Below, one piece after another: positions 36,901 to 49,530 of a DNA stretch of 64,000 nucleotides (position 1 is its first letter; each line of letters starts with the position of its first letter). This DNA comes from Felis catus (taxonomy: Eukaryota). The translations under genes were made by a program, and so were the position numbers. The stretch lies in NCBI RefSeq assembly GCF_018350175.1, contig NC_058368.1:120096001-120160000 (forward strand). The letters are read 5' to 3'. Under the pieces are notes generated by a model, which saw nothing but the letters and a program-made list of their open reading frames with translations, made no database searches and was not told the DNA's origin.

Positions 36901-38378
36901 GCAATGTTATGTTTGCTGGGAACAGCAATGGTGGATCTTCATATGGACATAAAAGTAAAGTAGACCCAGATCGTATGCTTCTTGACCTCTGGATTAGAAA
37001 AGGTTAGAGTCAAGGGCAGGAAAGCCCTCTAAGTGGACAGCAAAGTGAAGATTGGAGTTAGGGCAAGAGTTGGGGTATCTGCTGGCAGCATTAGAATTGA
37101 TGGAAGAGCTGAGAAGAAAGACAGGTAGTTTGGGCTGAAACTTGGTCTGGCCAACATGGGGAGAAGTGCCAGCACTGAAACTGAAGGCATAGAGCCCAGC
37201 AACAACTCAAAACGAGTGAAAGAAAGGAAGAAGCGACATCTATGTTTAGGAACAGGTGGAGAGAGAGTCAAAGAAATATCCTTTTAGTGGATGTGATTAT
37301 AATAACAAAATAATAACCATTTATTAAGCTTTTCCTATGTGCTAGGCACTGCTCTTGTATGTATTATCTCAACTATAAACTCCTATGAGGTAAGTAGTAT
37401 GATCCCTATTTAATTTGTGAAGAGACGGTGTCTCATTATGTTTATATCACTTGCCCAGGGCTATGGTATCTGATTACTAAGCACATTCCCTTTGCCACTT
37501 TTGTTGCAGAATGGCTCCTTGGGACCAAGGAATGTGCTGTATTGACAGCATGTTGCTTAAGACTGAGTCTTGCCTTTACAAAACATGAGGGAGCATTTCA
37601 GAAGCTAGAACTGAAAACTATGTATAAGTGCTATCCTAAGAGCTTCCTGAACATTAGCTAATGTTATCTTTACAAGAACCCTATCCCCATATGACTGATG
37701 AAGAAACCATGAAAACTAGTTTCCCAGAGTCACACAGGGAATCCAAAAAATCTGATCCAAGAATCTGTGCTGGTCATCACTCCTGATCACACAGTCATCA
37801 GAAACAAAACTATTGAGTAATTCTCATCCCGGTGAAATTTTGGGGTCCTAATTTGTCTTTGCCTATAAGGAGATCTTTGTATACTGGTGTCACTTCATCA
37901 GGCATGCCTATTATCAGGGTCTGTGTGAAAAGAAATACTGTTAAGATGTTTTTAACTTGGAGAAAAAATTAGTTGTTCTGGTTCTTATTTTGCCCTGAGG
38001 TTCTCACTAGTTTTTCTTTATTAAATTTTCCTCTGATGCCAAAAGTTTGATGTTTTCCTCCTTGTTTTTTCTCTTTCTGGAGATGACTTTGATATTGATA
38101 TGTGATTTGATTTCATTAGCTGCATTCTTGCTGGCTTGTTGGTTGGTGCTGTGTCTAAAACCTTGGGGATATGCATCAAAAGACAACTGCTTGATTTGCA
38201 TATGCCAGGGAAGAGAAAAATCAGTCTCTATCCATCAGGGACAGAACTTGTGGTGTCATAACTTGTCTCATGTCCCAAGCCACTTCTTTTTGTCACTGTT
38301 GTTCTTTAGGAAGATAGAAAGGTAGTGCAGAGGAACACTGTGACTACTATGTGATAATATCATCAATAATGATAGTAC

Positions 38379-38379
<1 letters not shown>

Positions 38380-38409
<30 letters not shown>

Positions 38410-38428
38410 AAGAAGAAGAAGAAGAAGA

Positions 38429-38462
<34 letters not shown>

Positions 38463-38466
38463 GCAA
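38380..38466. repeat. Compound microsatellite (AAG)17(CAG)4CAA(CAG)6CAA
   Basis: Counted directly. Confidence 0.97.
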
Positions 38467-39480
38467 ATATTTACTGAGTACATCCTAGATTTCCAGGATG
38501 TTGGAATGCATCAGTAAACCTTCAGAGAGCTTGCATTTTAGCAGGTGAAGACAGACAACAAGTAACAAACATAAATAAATATGCAAAATAGCATACTGCT
38601 TAGTAAGATTAGGATGTTAAAAAGGAGGGCGGGGGGTAAGGTAATGGGAAATAAAGGGGCAGGGACTGGCAGCAGTATTAAATGGGATAGTCCGTGCAAG
38701 CATTCCTGAGAAAGTGAGCTAAAAAAAGCCTGAAGGGTGATGGAGAGGGAACTACAGGTATGATAGCTAGGGAAAGAAACTTCCAGGCAGAGGGACAACC
38801 AGTAAAAGCTCTGAGGCAGAAGCATGCTCAGCAAGTTCTAAAATCAGCTGAGGCCATGGGGGCAAAAGCCAAGTGAGGGGGTCCAGGGGAGACCAGAAGA
38901 TTAGGTTAGGGAGAGATCTGGGAGCTAGATCATACACGGTTTGTAGGATGTTCTGAGTTTAAGTTTTTAATTTAATTGAAATAGAATTTTAAACAGAGGA
39001 GGTATTTAATCTATCCTTTATTTTATTTATTTTTATTTTTTTTAAGTTCATTTTGAGAGAAAGCGTGTGCACGCACGGGGAAGGGGCAGAAAGAAGGAAG
39101 GAATATCCCAAGCAGGCTCTGCACTGTTAGCACAGAGCCTTATGTGGGGCTTCATCTCACGAACAGTGAGACCATGACCTGAGCTGAAACCAAGAGTCAG
39201 ACACTTAAGTGACTGAGTCACCCAGGCACCCCATCCCTTATTTTAAAAGAGACACCCTGAGATCAGACTACAGAATGGCAAAGTTAGAAGTGGGAAAATG
39301 TATTAGATTATTAGAAATCCCAGGCTTGGCTCAGACTAGGGAATAGCAGTGGAGTTGGTGAAAAACAGTCAAATTCCAGGGAGCTGCGCATTTCCTGACA
39401 GGTTTGATATGAAGTGTGACGACAGAGTGGCTATCTACCGAGATGAGGCAGGCTATGGGTAGAGCAATTTTGGGAAGAAG
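38465..39480 (-). mobile_element. L2 3' fragment
   Basis: caaatatttactgagtac tail; ccaggcagagggacaacc...aagctctgaggcagaagcatgc. Confidence 0.8.
39020..39233 (-). mobile_element. Can-SINE nested in L2
   Basis: Head and tail motifs; degenerate TSD atcctttatttta / atcccttatttta. Confidence 0.92.
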
Positions 39481-40679
39481 ATCTGGAAGTCTCTAAATGA
39501 GTTGTTTATTGATTTTTCCATTCATTTTTCATTTAGCCTGTCAGTAACTTGTTACTAGGTACCAGGAATGAGCCAAGCATTCTCATTAATTGTCACAGAA
39601 TATTACAGATGAGAAAACAGAGGCACAGAGAGTTTAAGCCCTTTGTCGATGTTCTTTCTGCTAGTGACCATTAGTGTTGTAATTCTAGTCTGAGTCTTCA
39701 TTTTTACCTTCTGTACTTACAACTTGTTACCTGTGGCTTGAATGCCCTCACAGAATCAGAGAAAGTGATACTGTTTTATTTAAATGTTGTTAAATATCAG
39801 AGATACTTTTTTGTAAGTTAAACATGTCTTTTCTGCCCTGTCCTATATCATCTTTCTGTGAGATGCTGGGAAGTCAGCTTCTCCGCCTTACTTTTTAAGT
39901 CCCTTAGAATATCCTCTTGATAACTGAGGGCATTACTGATAGGGTGCTCTGTTTTTTGCAAGGTGTAACAAAGATAAGCCTGGAGCTTCTCAATATTGAA
40001 CATTTACTGTGTACTAAGCTCTAGATCTCGATATTTAGGCAACAACTTAAATTTCATGACATGGTGTGTGATAATGTCCATCATTTCTTCATCATGGATA
40101 TAAAACGGGAGTGAGGAACCCAAGCATGTAATTAGGACAAAATTTTCCGTGAATCCTTTGGCAAACAAACAAACAATATAAAAAGTTTCAATAGCTGAAA
40201 CAACGTCCCTTTTGGATATGAACCATAAGATCAAAAGAGGACATTTTTTTTTCCCTCAAAGAAAGCTTTTTAATGGCTCTGTGGGATGCTTTCTGGCCCT
40301 GAGGCTCTCTTAATTCCTTCTTGCCTCCCAGAAGAGATTGAGGCTCCCCTGATGGTTCCCCCTGCCATTCAGGTCCTGGTTTGGGGCTACATTAATACTC
40401 CCATTATTCTTCATTGGCTCAGTTAGAGGCAAAAACAAAACAAACAAACAAACAAACAAAAAACCCAAAAAACTCTTTTAGCCACATGTCTGAGGGGTAA
40501 GAAAAAAAATCCTTTTCTTTTTTTCTGTCCATTCCTAATTATTTTAGATTTCAGATATCTATTTAATAATAGATACTTTACATAGCCTCCAGTCACGATT
40601 TTGAGGCTATTCTTTGTTTTTAAATGTTTCCATAAAGATGCTCTTTTACTGATGTACATAGTTCATGGGCTTTATTTTC

Positions 40680-41220
40680 TATGACGTGACGAAAGCAGTG
40701 CTTCCTTCATACAACCATTATGCTGCTTTTGTTCCCCGAGGTCCAATTTTGAATTTAATAAAAAGGATACAGCTCACACAGCTATGAAGACAGAAGAATG
40801 TGCTCCCAGCACGATCCCACATCTCCCATCGCCTCCAATGCCATCTGAAGGGGAAACCTATGGAGGTGTGGAATGAGACGTGAGGGAGGACGAAGAATTC
40901 GTCACGAATATGGGGCAAGGAGAACCCACACGCTCATGGGGACCCATCAGACAATAATAGCAGCATTGATTACGTGTTTACACAGCCCAGAGTCATAAAA
41001 ACACAGAGAGATTATCAAAAGAATGACGGGGTTGGCTGACTCATAAGTGCATGCTGCTCTTACCCTGGGAGTCGGGTAAGGAGTCAGAGATGGAGTCCTG
41101 ACACATGGCTTTCTTCCATCAACAGAAGAGCACTTACGCCATGGCAGCAACGATGATGTTTTCCATCTTTCCAGTGTTCCTCCAATGACATTTGGCCCGT
41201 ATTTTTGCAGACTACTCCGA
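40680..41220. promoter_or_regulatory. Candidate regulatory element (CpG-retaining, CRE/AP-1 motif cluster)
   Basis: About 17 CpGs in 540 bp of non-repeat sequence; TGACGTGA, CGTCA, TGACG and GCTGACTCAT motifs; function is inferred only. Confidence 0.35.
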
Positions 41221-41508
41221 CAGAATGCCTCTAGAATTTTTTGTTCTTCTGAATGGGTGTTTTGGTAGTGTCAGAAAACCTCATTATTTTATACCCATCA
41301 TTTCCAAAGTAGTGTGAAATGGATAGGAATAAGTCTGAAATTTGCATTTTCACAATATTTTAAGAAATGAATTGATAGCTGACTGTATAACCCACCTAAA
41401 ACTCTTTAAACTTTCTGCTTTCATGGTAAAAAGTTAACAGTCTCAAAAAAAAAAGTTAACACTTTCATCTTTAACTTTTGCTTTCTAATTATTAAAATAA
41501 CTGTATTT

Positions 41509-41712
41509 GGGGGCACATAGGTGGCTCAGCCAGTTGAGAATCTGGCTCTTGCTTTTGGCTTGGGTCATGATTCCAGGGTCATGGGATCGAGCCCCACATA
41601 GGGCTCCATGCTGGGCATGAATAAATGTTAAGATTTATTCTCTCTCTCTCTCCCTCAGCCCCTTCCCTACTTGTGTTCTTTCTCTGTCAAAATTAAAATA
41701 ATAATAATAATA
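41509..41712 (+). mobile_element. Older Can-SINE
   Basis: ggggcacataggtggctcagcc head, gggatcgagcccc B-box region, (CT)n, AAT tail. Confidence 0.9.
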
Positions 41713-41716
41713 GCAT

Positions 41717-42455
41717 TTGTATTATATCACTGCTATAATAAATCCTGCAAACTTAGTGCCTTAAATCAATACAAATTTGTTATCTTATAGTTCTTTGAGT
41801 CAGGCTTTTGGTGTGTGTCTCATTGAGCTAAAATCAAGGTGTTGACAGTGACGCATTCCTTTTTGGTGACTCTAGGAGAGAATCTGTTTTCTTGACTTTT
41901 CTGGCTCCTAGAGGCTACTGCATTTATTAGCTCACAGCCTCTTCCATCAGCATTGTCCAGTCAAATCTCTCTAACAACCCATCACTGCGATGCTAACTCT
42001 TCCACTTCCTTCTTCCACATATATTTTTATTTTTTTAAAGTTTTTGTTTTTTTAACATTTATTCATTTTTGAGAGACAGAGCATGAGTGGGGGAGGGCAA
42101 AGAGAGAGGGAAACAGAATCTGAAGCAGGCTCCAGGCTCTGAGCTGTCAGCACACAGCCCGGCACGGGGCTCAAACTCACAGACTGTGAGATCATGACCT
42201 GAGTTGAAGTCAGATGCTTAACTTACTGAGCTACCCAAGGGCCCCCTCTTTCTTCCACATTTAAAGATGCCTGTGATTATGTGGAGTCCATATGGATAAT
42301 CCAGAATAATCTCTCTATCTTAAGGTCAACTGATTTGAAACGTTAATTCGATCCTCAACTTCAGAGCTCCCTTATCATGTAACATAACATAGTCACAGGC
42401 TCTGGGGATAAGGTCATGGGCAGTTTTGGAAGCCATAATTCTACCTACCATATTA
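41717..42455 (-). mobile_element. MLT1 (MLT1C/D-like) solo LTR with nested SINE
   Basis: tgtatta...ctgctataataaatcctgcaaacttagtg...aaaatcaaggtgttgacag...ggataatccagaataatctc...attctacctacca. Confidence 0.88.
42022..42246 (-). mobile_element. Can-SINE
   Basis: TSD ttcttccacat. Confidence 0.93.
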
Positions 42456-43350
42456 GGTCCTTCTGGAAGACCTTAATGAGATGGCAGTGAATTAGCCCAG
42501 ACTTTAGAAACTAAATGATCTTGTGCCCCAGTGTCTTGTCCTCTTTTTGTAACAGACATTGCTAATTGTTCTCAGCATGTTTTCTTACTGAGGCCAGGTA
42601 TAGCCTCAGCATCCTTCTTAAGGTAAAGCTCCAAGTATACTCTAGCAATAGACCCAGGTTCTTACATGAGAGAAACCACTTTACCATTTCCATCTAGAGA
42701 TAATTTTACTTCCTTTTAATGCAATCCCATGTTTACAAATATCAACAAAACAAATTTCCTGACACTTATTTAGATAGGAATTTTGTTCTGGTGAATACAA
42801 TTTTACTTAAATCAGAGCCACAGAATTATATTTATTCTTGCTATATGTAGATCCTTATATTGGATAAGAAAGTTAAAAAAAACTGACAATACCAAATGCT
42901 GGTGAAGATATAGAGCTATAGGAACTGATTTATTGCTTGTTGGAATAAAAAAATGCTACAGCCACTTTGAAAGACAGTTTGCAAGTTTTGTATAAAACTA
43001 ACTAGACTTAACCATATGACACCAAAAACACATTTCTAGGTATTCATCCATTTGAAAGTAAACTTAGATTCATACAGAAACTGTGTGTGTATGTTCATAG
43101 AGGTTTTATTAATAATTGCCTCAAACTGGAAACTACCAAAGTGCCCTTCAATGGGTGAATAATTATATATCCATAAAATGGAATACTATTTAGCAGTAAG
43201 AAGGAATGGTCTATTGAATCAGACACCAAACTGGATAAATCATAAATGCATTTTGTTAAGTTAAAAAGCCCAAATTCAAAAGGGTACATATTATATGATT
43301 GCACTCTGGAAAAGAGAAACTGAAAGAACAAAAAACAGATCAGTGGTTTC

Positions 43351-43390
43351 TTTTTTTTTTTTTTAATTTTTTAATGTTTTATTTATTTTT

Positions 43391-43423
<33 letters not shown>

Positions 43424-43586
43424 CAGAGAAGGGGCAGAGAGAGAGAGGGAGACACAGAATCTGAAACAGGCTCCAGGCTCCGAGCTGTCAGCCCAGAGTC
43501 CGATGTGGGGCTCAAACTCATGAACTGTGAGATCATGACCTGAGCCGGAGTCGGACACTTAACTGACTGAGCCACTCAGTTGCCCC
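43351..43586 (-). mobile_element. Can-SINE
   Basis: TSD agatcagtggtttct / agatcaatggtttct. Confidence 0.95.
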
Positions 43587-45214
43587 TAGATCAATGGTTT
43601 CTAAGGGTTGGGGAGAAGGGAAGGTGGTTGATTACAGAGGGGAAACAAAGAATTTTTAGGGTGATGGACCCATACGATATGGTATTAAGGTGGTGAATAT
43701 ATAACTATGACTTTGTCAATATCCACTGAAATTTACATTACAGAGAGTAAACTTGAATGTATGCAAATTAAATGAAAAATCAGCCAGGAGTTTGGGATAA
43801 AATCCCAGAAAGAAATGTTAGCTGTGATAAAAGAATCTATCTGTATTACATACTTTTGACATAATCTTTTTGAAGGAGATGAAAAAACAAGAGTGAAGTT
43901 ACTCTTGAAAATAGATGTTTAACCAGAAATTATAGAGGCATTGACAAAATGAACTGAACATAAACTGTGTGCTCTATTTGGAAAGGTTATTTATCACGGA
44001 TATACATGTTAGGGATTCCAAAAAATGCCTGTATACTGAAGTCAAACAAATAATTAAATAGATGTGGATAGTGGTGGGAGATGGGCTTCTCAATGTTGGT
44101 AGCAACGTTATAAAGCAAGGGGGCATGACTTGAATTAATTATGTGGTACTGGATTAGACTAGAAGATATTATTAACATATATTTAATTTATCATAGATGT
44201 AGATGAAGAGATCCAAGAATAATTATAGATAAATTCTATAAATAATTCTATAGATAAATTCTATAGATAGAATAAATATAGATATGTATGTATACATGGG
44301 TTAGTTCACATACATAAATATCTTGGCTCTGTCCACCAAGCGAGACTAGAAACAGTGACATTCCAGTAGCAATGAGGATAGCCAGGGCTCAGATCTTGGT
44401 TTCTACATACCATTCTCCAATAAAAAGTACCTGGATCTCTTGGAGAAATGTTGGTTTCAGGACTGGGGAAGGGAAAATGCAACAGGAGCCAAGAGCTTCT
44501 TGTAGTGGTTAAATGTAAGAAAATGGTTGAAAATCAAAAGAATGAGGGCTTATCAAAGACTCACAAGAACACACTTGAAAGAGCTCCTAATGGCCAAAGC
44601 TGGAAAAATTTAACAAAGTTAATAATATAATATTAGATCCTAACACAAAGTGAAAACAAGATAAATGAATGAATAAATAAATGAGGGAGGAGAGAAAAGT
44701 CTCCCTTACAGAACAGTTCCAAATAATATATGTGAATACTACCCCCTCCCTCCAGCTAGTAGAGCTTAATCCCCTTAAGCCCCCACTTTGAACTATAGGC
44801 TGGACTCGGTGACTTGCTTCCCAAGAACAGAGTGTGGAATGAGAAAACAACAGTGAAGAAGTCTGCAATACTACTCTGGCCACAGGTGATCAAAGTTACT
44901 ATCATTTGTAATAAATCATGTTGACAGCATGTACCCTAGGTAGGATGTGATGATAAGGGCACTTGACACTTGTGCTGTTCTTCCAAAACACTCAATACCC
45001 CAGACTAACCATGAAAAAAATAATAGACAAACCCAAGTTGAGGGACATACCACAAGATATCTAACCAACACTCTTCAAAAATAGCAAAGTAATCAGAAAT
45101 AAGGAAAGACAGAGAAACTGTCACCAACTACAGAAGCCTAAGGACACATGATGATTAAACACAATTTGGGTCCCTGAAACTACAAAGTGAAGGACAGTAG
45201 TAAAAAAACTAATG

Positions 45215-45546
45215 ACATAGACAGAATGGCTAAAATAAGAAACACAAGAAACTCTGAGTATTGGCCAGGAGGTAGAGAAAAAGGAACCTTGTGCACGGTT
45301 GGTGGGAAGGCAAACTGGTGCAGCTATTATAAAAAACAGTATGGAGGTTTCTGAAAAAGTTAAAAATAGAATTATCATATGAACCAGTAATCATGCTTCT
45401 AGGTATTTACCCAAAGAATACCAAAACACTAATTTGAAAGGATCTATGCATCCTTATGTTTATTGCGGCATTATTTACAAAAGCCAAATTATGGAAGCAG
45501 TTCAAGTGTCCACTGATGGATGAATGGATAAAGAAGATGTGGTGTA

Positions 45547-45584
<38 letters not shown>

Positions 45585-45713
45585 ATGCAATATTACTCAG
45601 CCATTAAAAAAATTAAATTTGGGGGCTCCTGGGTGGCTCAGTCAGTTAAACAGCTGACTCTTGATTTCTGCTTGGATTCTTTGTCTCTTCTCTTTCTGCC
45701 CCATCCCTGCTTG

Positions 45714-45760
<47 letters not shown>

Positions 45761-46100
45761 AAAAATAAATAAACATTAAAAAATTATTTTAAATTAAACT
45801 TTCCCATTTGCAACGACATGAAGGGACCCAGCAGATATTATGCTAAGTAAAATAAGTCAGACAGGGAAAGGCAAATACCATATTATTTCACTCACAGGTG
45901 GAATTTAAGAAACAGAAAAAAATGAACAAAGAAAAAAGACTAACCAAAAGCAGAGTCTTAACTATAGAGAACAAACAGATGATTACCAGAGGGGGAATAG
46001 GTGAAATAGGTGAGGGGGATCAAGAGTACACTTACCATCATGAGCACTGAGACTAATAAAACACTGTATATTAACTATACTGTAATTAAAATACAAAAAT
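45215..46100 (+). mobile_element. Carnivore L1 3' fragment nested in L1MC
   Basis: MFIAALFTKAKLWKQFKCP ORF2 C-terminus; 3'UTR ending cactgtatattaactatactgtaattaaaat. Confidence 0.88.
45621..45790 (+). mobile_element. Internally deleted Can-SINE
   Basis: Head gactcttgatttc joins directly to tgcttggattct, skipping the B-box segment; TSD aaattaaattt / aaattaaactt. Confidence 0.88.
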
Positions 46101-46338
46101 AATGTGACATATGAATAAGAATTTGAGTTTAGTTAATAATAATGTATCAGTTCTGCTTTCCTAAAATTTTGACAAATGTGCCATGGATATAAGATGTTAA
46201 TAATAGGGGCAAGTGAGTGAAGAGTATACTTGAATTCTTTGCACCATTTTTGCAACTTTGTTGTAAATCTTAAATTACTCAAAGTAAAGCAAAAAGACAT
46301 TGACGTAGCACCTTGTCAAAAAATATTGTGACCATAAA

Positions 46339-46573
46339 GGTGCGCCTGGGTGGCTTAGTCAGTTAAACATCTGACCTTGGCTCAGATCATGATCTTACCG
46401 TTCATGAGTTCGAGCCCCGTGTGGGGCTCTGTGCTGACAGCTCAGAGCCTGGAGCCTGCTTTGGATTCTGTGTCTCCCTCTCTCTCTGTCCTTCCCCCTC
46501 TTGTACCATCTCTCTCTCTCTCTCAAAAAAAAAAAAAATGAATAAATGTTAACTTTCTTTTTTTTTTTTTTTA
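46339..46573 (+). mobile_element. Can-SINE with a T-run after the A tail
   Basis: TSD tattgtgaccat on both sides. Confidence 0.92.
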
Positions 46574-46619
46574 GTATTGTGACCATTAAATGTCATTCTA
46601 TTTATAAACTCTATTTCAT

Positions 46620-48480
46620 CCACGGACATGTCTATCTTGGGGCCATTTCAACACTGTCTTTGTTATTGTAGCTTCGTAGTAAGTCATTAAATCAAATAAT
46701 GTACATTCCCCATCACTGCCTTTTTTTTTTTAAAGAAATGTTTTAGCTCTTTTAGATTCTTTGCATTTCCATACATATTTTAGAATCAACTTGTCCCTTT
46801 CTTCATCAAAATTGTGTTAGGGTTTAGATACTAGTTGTATATATATCAACTTAGGAAGAATACACATCTTAATATTGAGTCTTCTAATTAATGAATATTG
46901 TATTTCTCTTTATTTAGGTCTTAATAATTGCAGGAATTTTGAATAATTTTTAGAAGTCTTGCACATTTATTGTTACATTTGTTCCTAGGCATTTATGTTT
47001 TAGGTAGTTTTTGCATATGGACTGTGTATCTACTATTTTTGCTAAACTCATTTATTTTATCAGTGTTCTCATAGGTTCTGTTTAGTCTTTCCACATAATC
47101 ATGTTATCTACAAACAAACATTTTAATTTCTTATTTCTCTGGTCAAGACCACCAGCACAATACTGTATAGAAATCATCAGCACAGACATTCTTTTGTTCT
47201 TCCCAATTTATGAAGGAAAGCTTTCAATATTTCAATATTAAGTATGATGCCAGGTTTCAGGATTTTTTTATATGCTCTTTATCAGGTTTAGCAGGTCTTC
47301 TATGATGTTTAATTTACTAGCAGTGTTTATAATGAATAGATGCTGAATTTTGTCAAATGCCCTTTCTGCATTTACTGATAAAACTACATGGTTTTTAATC
47401 CCTTATTCTTTACTGTGGTGAAATATATTGATTTTCAAATATTGAGCTAAACTTGCATTTATGTGATAAACATCATTTGGTTATTTTGGATTCAATTTGC
47501 TGATTTTTAAAAATTACCTTTATTTTTTTCCCTTGTTGCTTTTATAATTTGCTCATTGTCTTTAGTTTCCATCACTTTAGCCATGGTAACTTTAGATGTG
47601 AGCTCTTTGTGTTCTGTTTCATTCTCTCTGAGCTTCTTTCATCTATAGGTTGGTGGGTTTTTTTTTTGTTTTTTTTTTTTTTTGGTCAGCTTTTGAAGTC
47701 CTTGGCCATTATCCCTTCCTCTTTGTCTCTCTGTTCCAGGATTGTAAATACATATGCATTAAACCAATTGTTAATGTCTCATAATCATCTGGTTTTCAAC
47801 TCCTTTCTATTATTTTGGAGTTTCAATTTGGATCTCTCTTTTGACCAGTCTTCAAGTTCTCACTTTTTTTCCTGTTGTGTCTAATCTGCTATTCAGCCTA
47901 CCAGAAGAATTCTTCATTTCAAATAGCAAACTTTTTATTTCTAGCATTTATTTTTTTTTAAATGTTTTTAATAGGTTCCATTTGTCTCTTCTTTATGAAG
48001 GACGTTTAACTTTTGGCACTTAGTTCATTTGGATTTCTTTGCATCCTGAACTCTTTGATAGTTTTTTTGTTTGCCTTGTTTTGTTTCCTTTTGCTTTGTT
48101 TTTACAAACTATGGTTTTATGGCTTATTGGTTTTATACATTTATATTGTTAAAGTGAAGATGAAAATCTCTCGGGATTTTCTTTCAACGCCGAAGCAATG
48201 GAAATTTGTTTGCTATTTTGAAGGTAGAGTTTGTGGGACTATTGCTTTTATCCTCTGTGGGACACAATAAAATACAAAATTGTGGTGAGCACACACAAAT
48301 AGCAAGGAATTGGCAAACTTCTTGAGGTGATCTATGTGCAGATTGCAACTAATATCTCAAAAATAAACTGTGTCTATACTTGATTCTTATGTAGTATGTA
48401 TCATAAGAAGCTTTACTGGTGATGGATCCTGGTGTTTAACTTTTTCTATTCAACAATTCTTTTCACTCATGTAAGGGGAG
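46620..48480 (-). mobile_element. Very old L1M fragments (ORF2 and ORF1-side pieces)
   Basis: ttttagaatcaacttgtc, gaaagctttcaatatttc, gatgctgaattttgtcaaatgc, ccagtcttcaagttctc...tctaatctgctatt. Confidence 0.65.
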
Positions 48481-48501
48481 ATGCTTGCCTCTAAACTTTG
48501 G

Positions 48502-49530
48502 TGCCGGAGACCAGCTCCAGCAACCAGGGGTTCCCAAAGGAAGAACGGGGTTGGTGAAAATAAAATAAAACTAAAATAAAAAACTAAAACTAAAATAAAA
48601 ATGGACAAGACAACAGCAGTGTGTTGAACTGGCCGATTTATTGCAGTAAACGTGACATTATATATGCTAGTGATTTCCTTGTAGCATACATCAACTATGT
48701 TTTTCTAATATTACCTAATTTTGAAAATGTTCCTGTGTATAAACGACCTTTAAGAAATAACATGGTGATTTTCCTCTAACTTTTCTGCATACCCTTTGAT
48801 TATAGATTAATTTCTTACATTATTCCATTATGCATCTGCGTTTATCTATAATCTACAAAGCATTTGCTTTGCTGTTCTCATGAAAGGCCCTCCATTTCTC
48901 AATACCTCAAGTGGAACAGTTACAGGGACATGACCTCGTAACCACATGAGGCCAGAAGAATAATGTGTTTGCCTCAGTCCGAGGTGCCAGAAAGGGGCTG
49001 AAAAGGCCTTAGAAACCCATGCCTCATACATTCTCAGAGAGACAATGCACCTAGGAACCAATGAACCATTCTGTACCTTAACCCACTAGGTTCAGTCATC
49101 ATCTGGAATGCCTCTGGGGGGGGGGGGGGCAGGTGGGCCTAGGGGTTGAAGTCACCTGTGCCCAGAGATACACTCCTTAGTTGCCGGAGTGGGGCTTTCA
49201 AATCCATATGTCTCTCCTATACAGGCCCTCTTTGCTGGCAAAGGTATGAGGCTATCCTTCCTGTAAGTAGAGGAGTCTCCATAGGGATGGCAAGGGCTTA
49301 AAAGTAAGGCCACAGAATTTCTTGCAGAACCTTATCTTCTTCCTACTGGTTCTTTTCCCAGGGGGCCTGCCGAGGGCAATTCCCCAACAGACAATACCCC
49401 AGGTAGTTTTAAGGCCAAATTACCTAAAAGTGGGAGGACAAGAAGCTTCACTGTCGGGCTGCCCTGTAGTCACCAGTCCGTCCACAGCCGGGGCCCTGCC
49501 ACTCAGGCTGGGATAGCTCGGCTTCCAGCA
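48502..49530 (-). mobile_element. Solo LTR, probably class II (betaretrovirus/ERVK-like), 1029 bp
   Basis: TG...CA ends, terminal inverted repeat tgccgga/tccagca, perfect 6-bp TSD ctttgg (48496-48501, 49531-49536); minus-strand TATATAA (~48659-48665) and AATAAA (~48637-48642). Confidence 0.88.

Larger units (their letters stand above)
42880..46290 (+). mobile_element. L1MC-type 3' end (long 3'UTR) with nested insertions
   Basis: ctgacaataccaaatgctggtgaagat ORF2 end; L1MC 3'UTR motifs; ends ttttgcaactttgttgtaaatcttaaattactcaaagtaaa. Confidence 0.85.

Noticed and set aside
37029..37285. Purine-rich stretch with long frames on both strands
   Set aside because: In-frame stop on plus, no recognisable homology or splice context; probably an old repeat.
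38268..38483. Poly-Q/poly-K or poly-C/poly-F coding exon
   Set aside because: A microsatellite at an L2 tail with no exon context.
40700..41300. Non-retroviral endogenous viral element or retrocopy
   Set aside because: The frames I translated showed no recognisable viral or cellular protein, and there is no poly(A)/TSD; only a BLASTX search could fully exclude it.
44215..44290. Short imperfect tandem repeat (atagataaattct)n as an array system
   Set aside because: Local slippage within an L1MC 3'UTR; no spacers, and nothing CRISPR-like anywhere in this mammalian window.
48846..49440. Possible MMTV sag-like ORF in the long U3 (71-aa ORF 48846-49061 and upstream frames)
   Set aside because: Hand translation of the upstream frame shows stops at about random frequency, the frame across the C14 run is ambiguous, and the peptide resembles nothing I recognise. 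It needs a family consensus to test.
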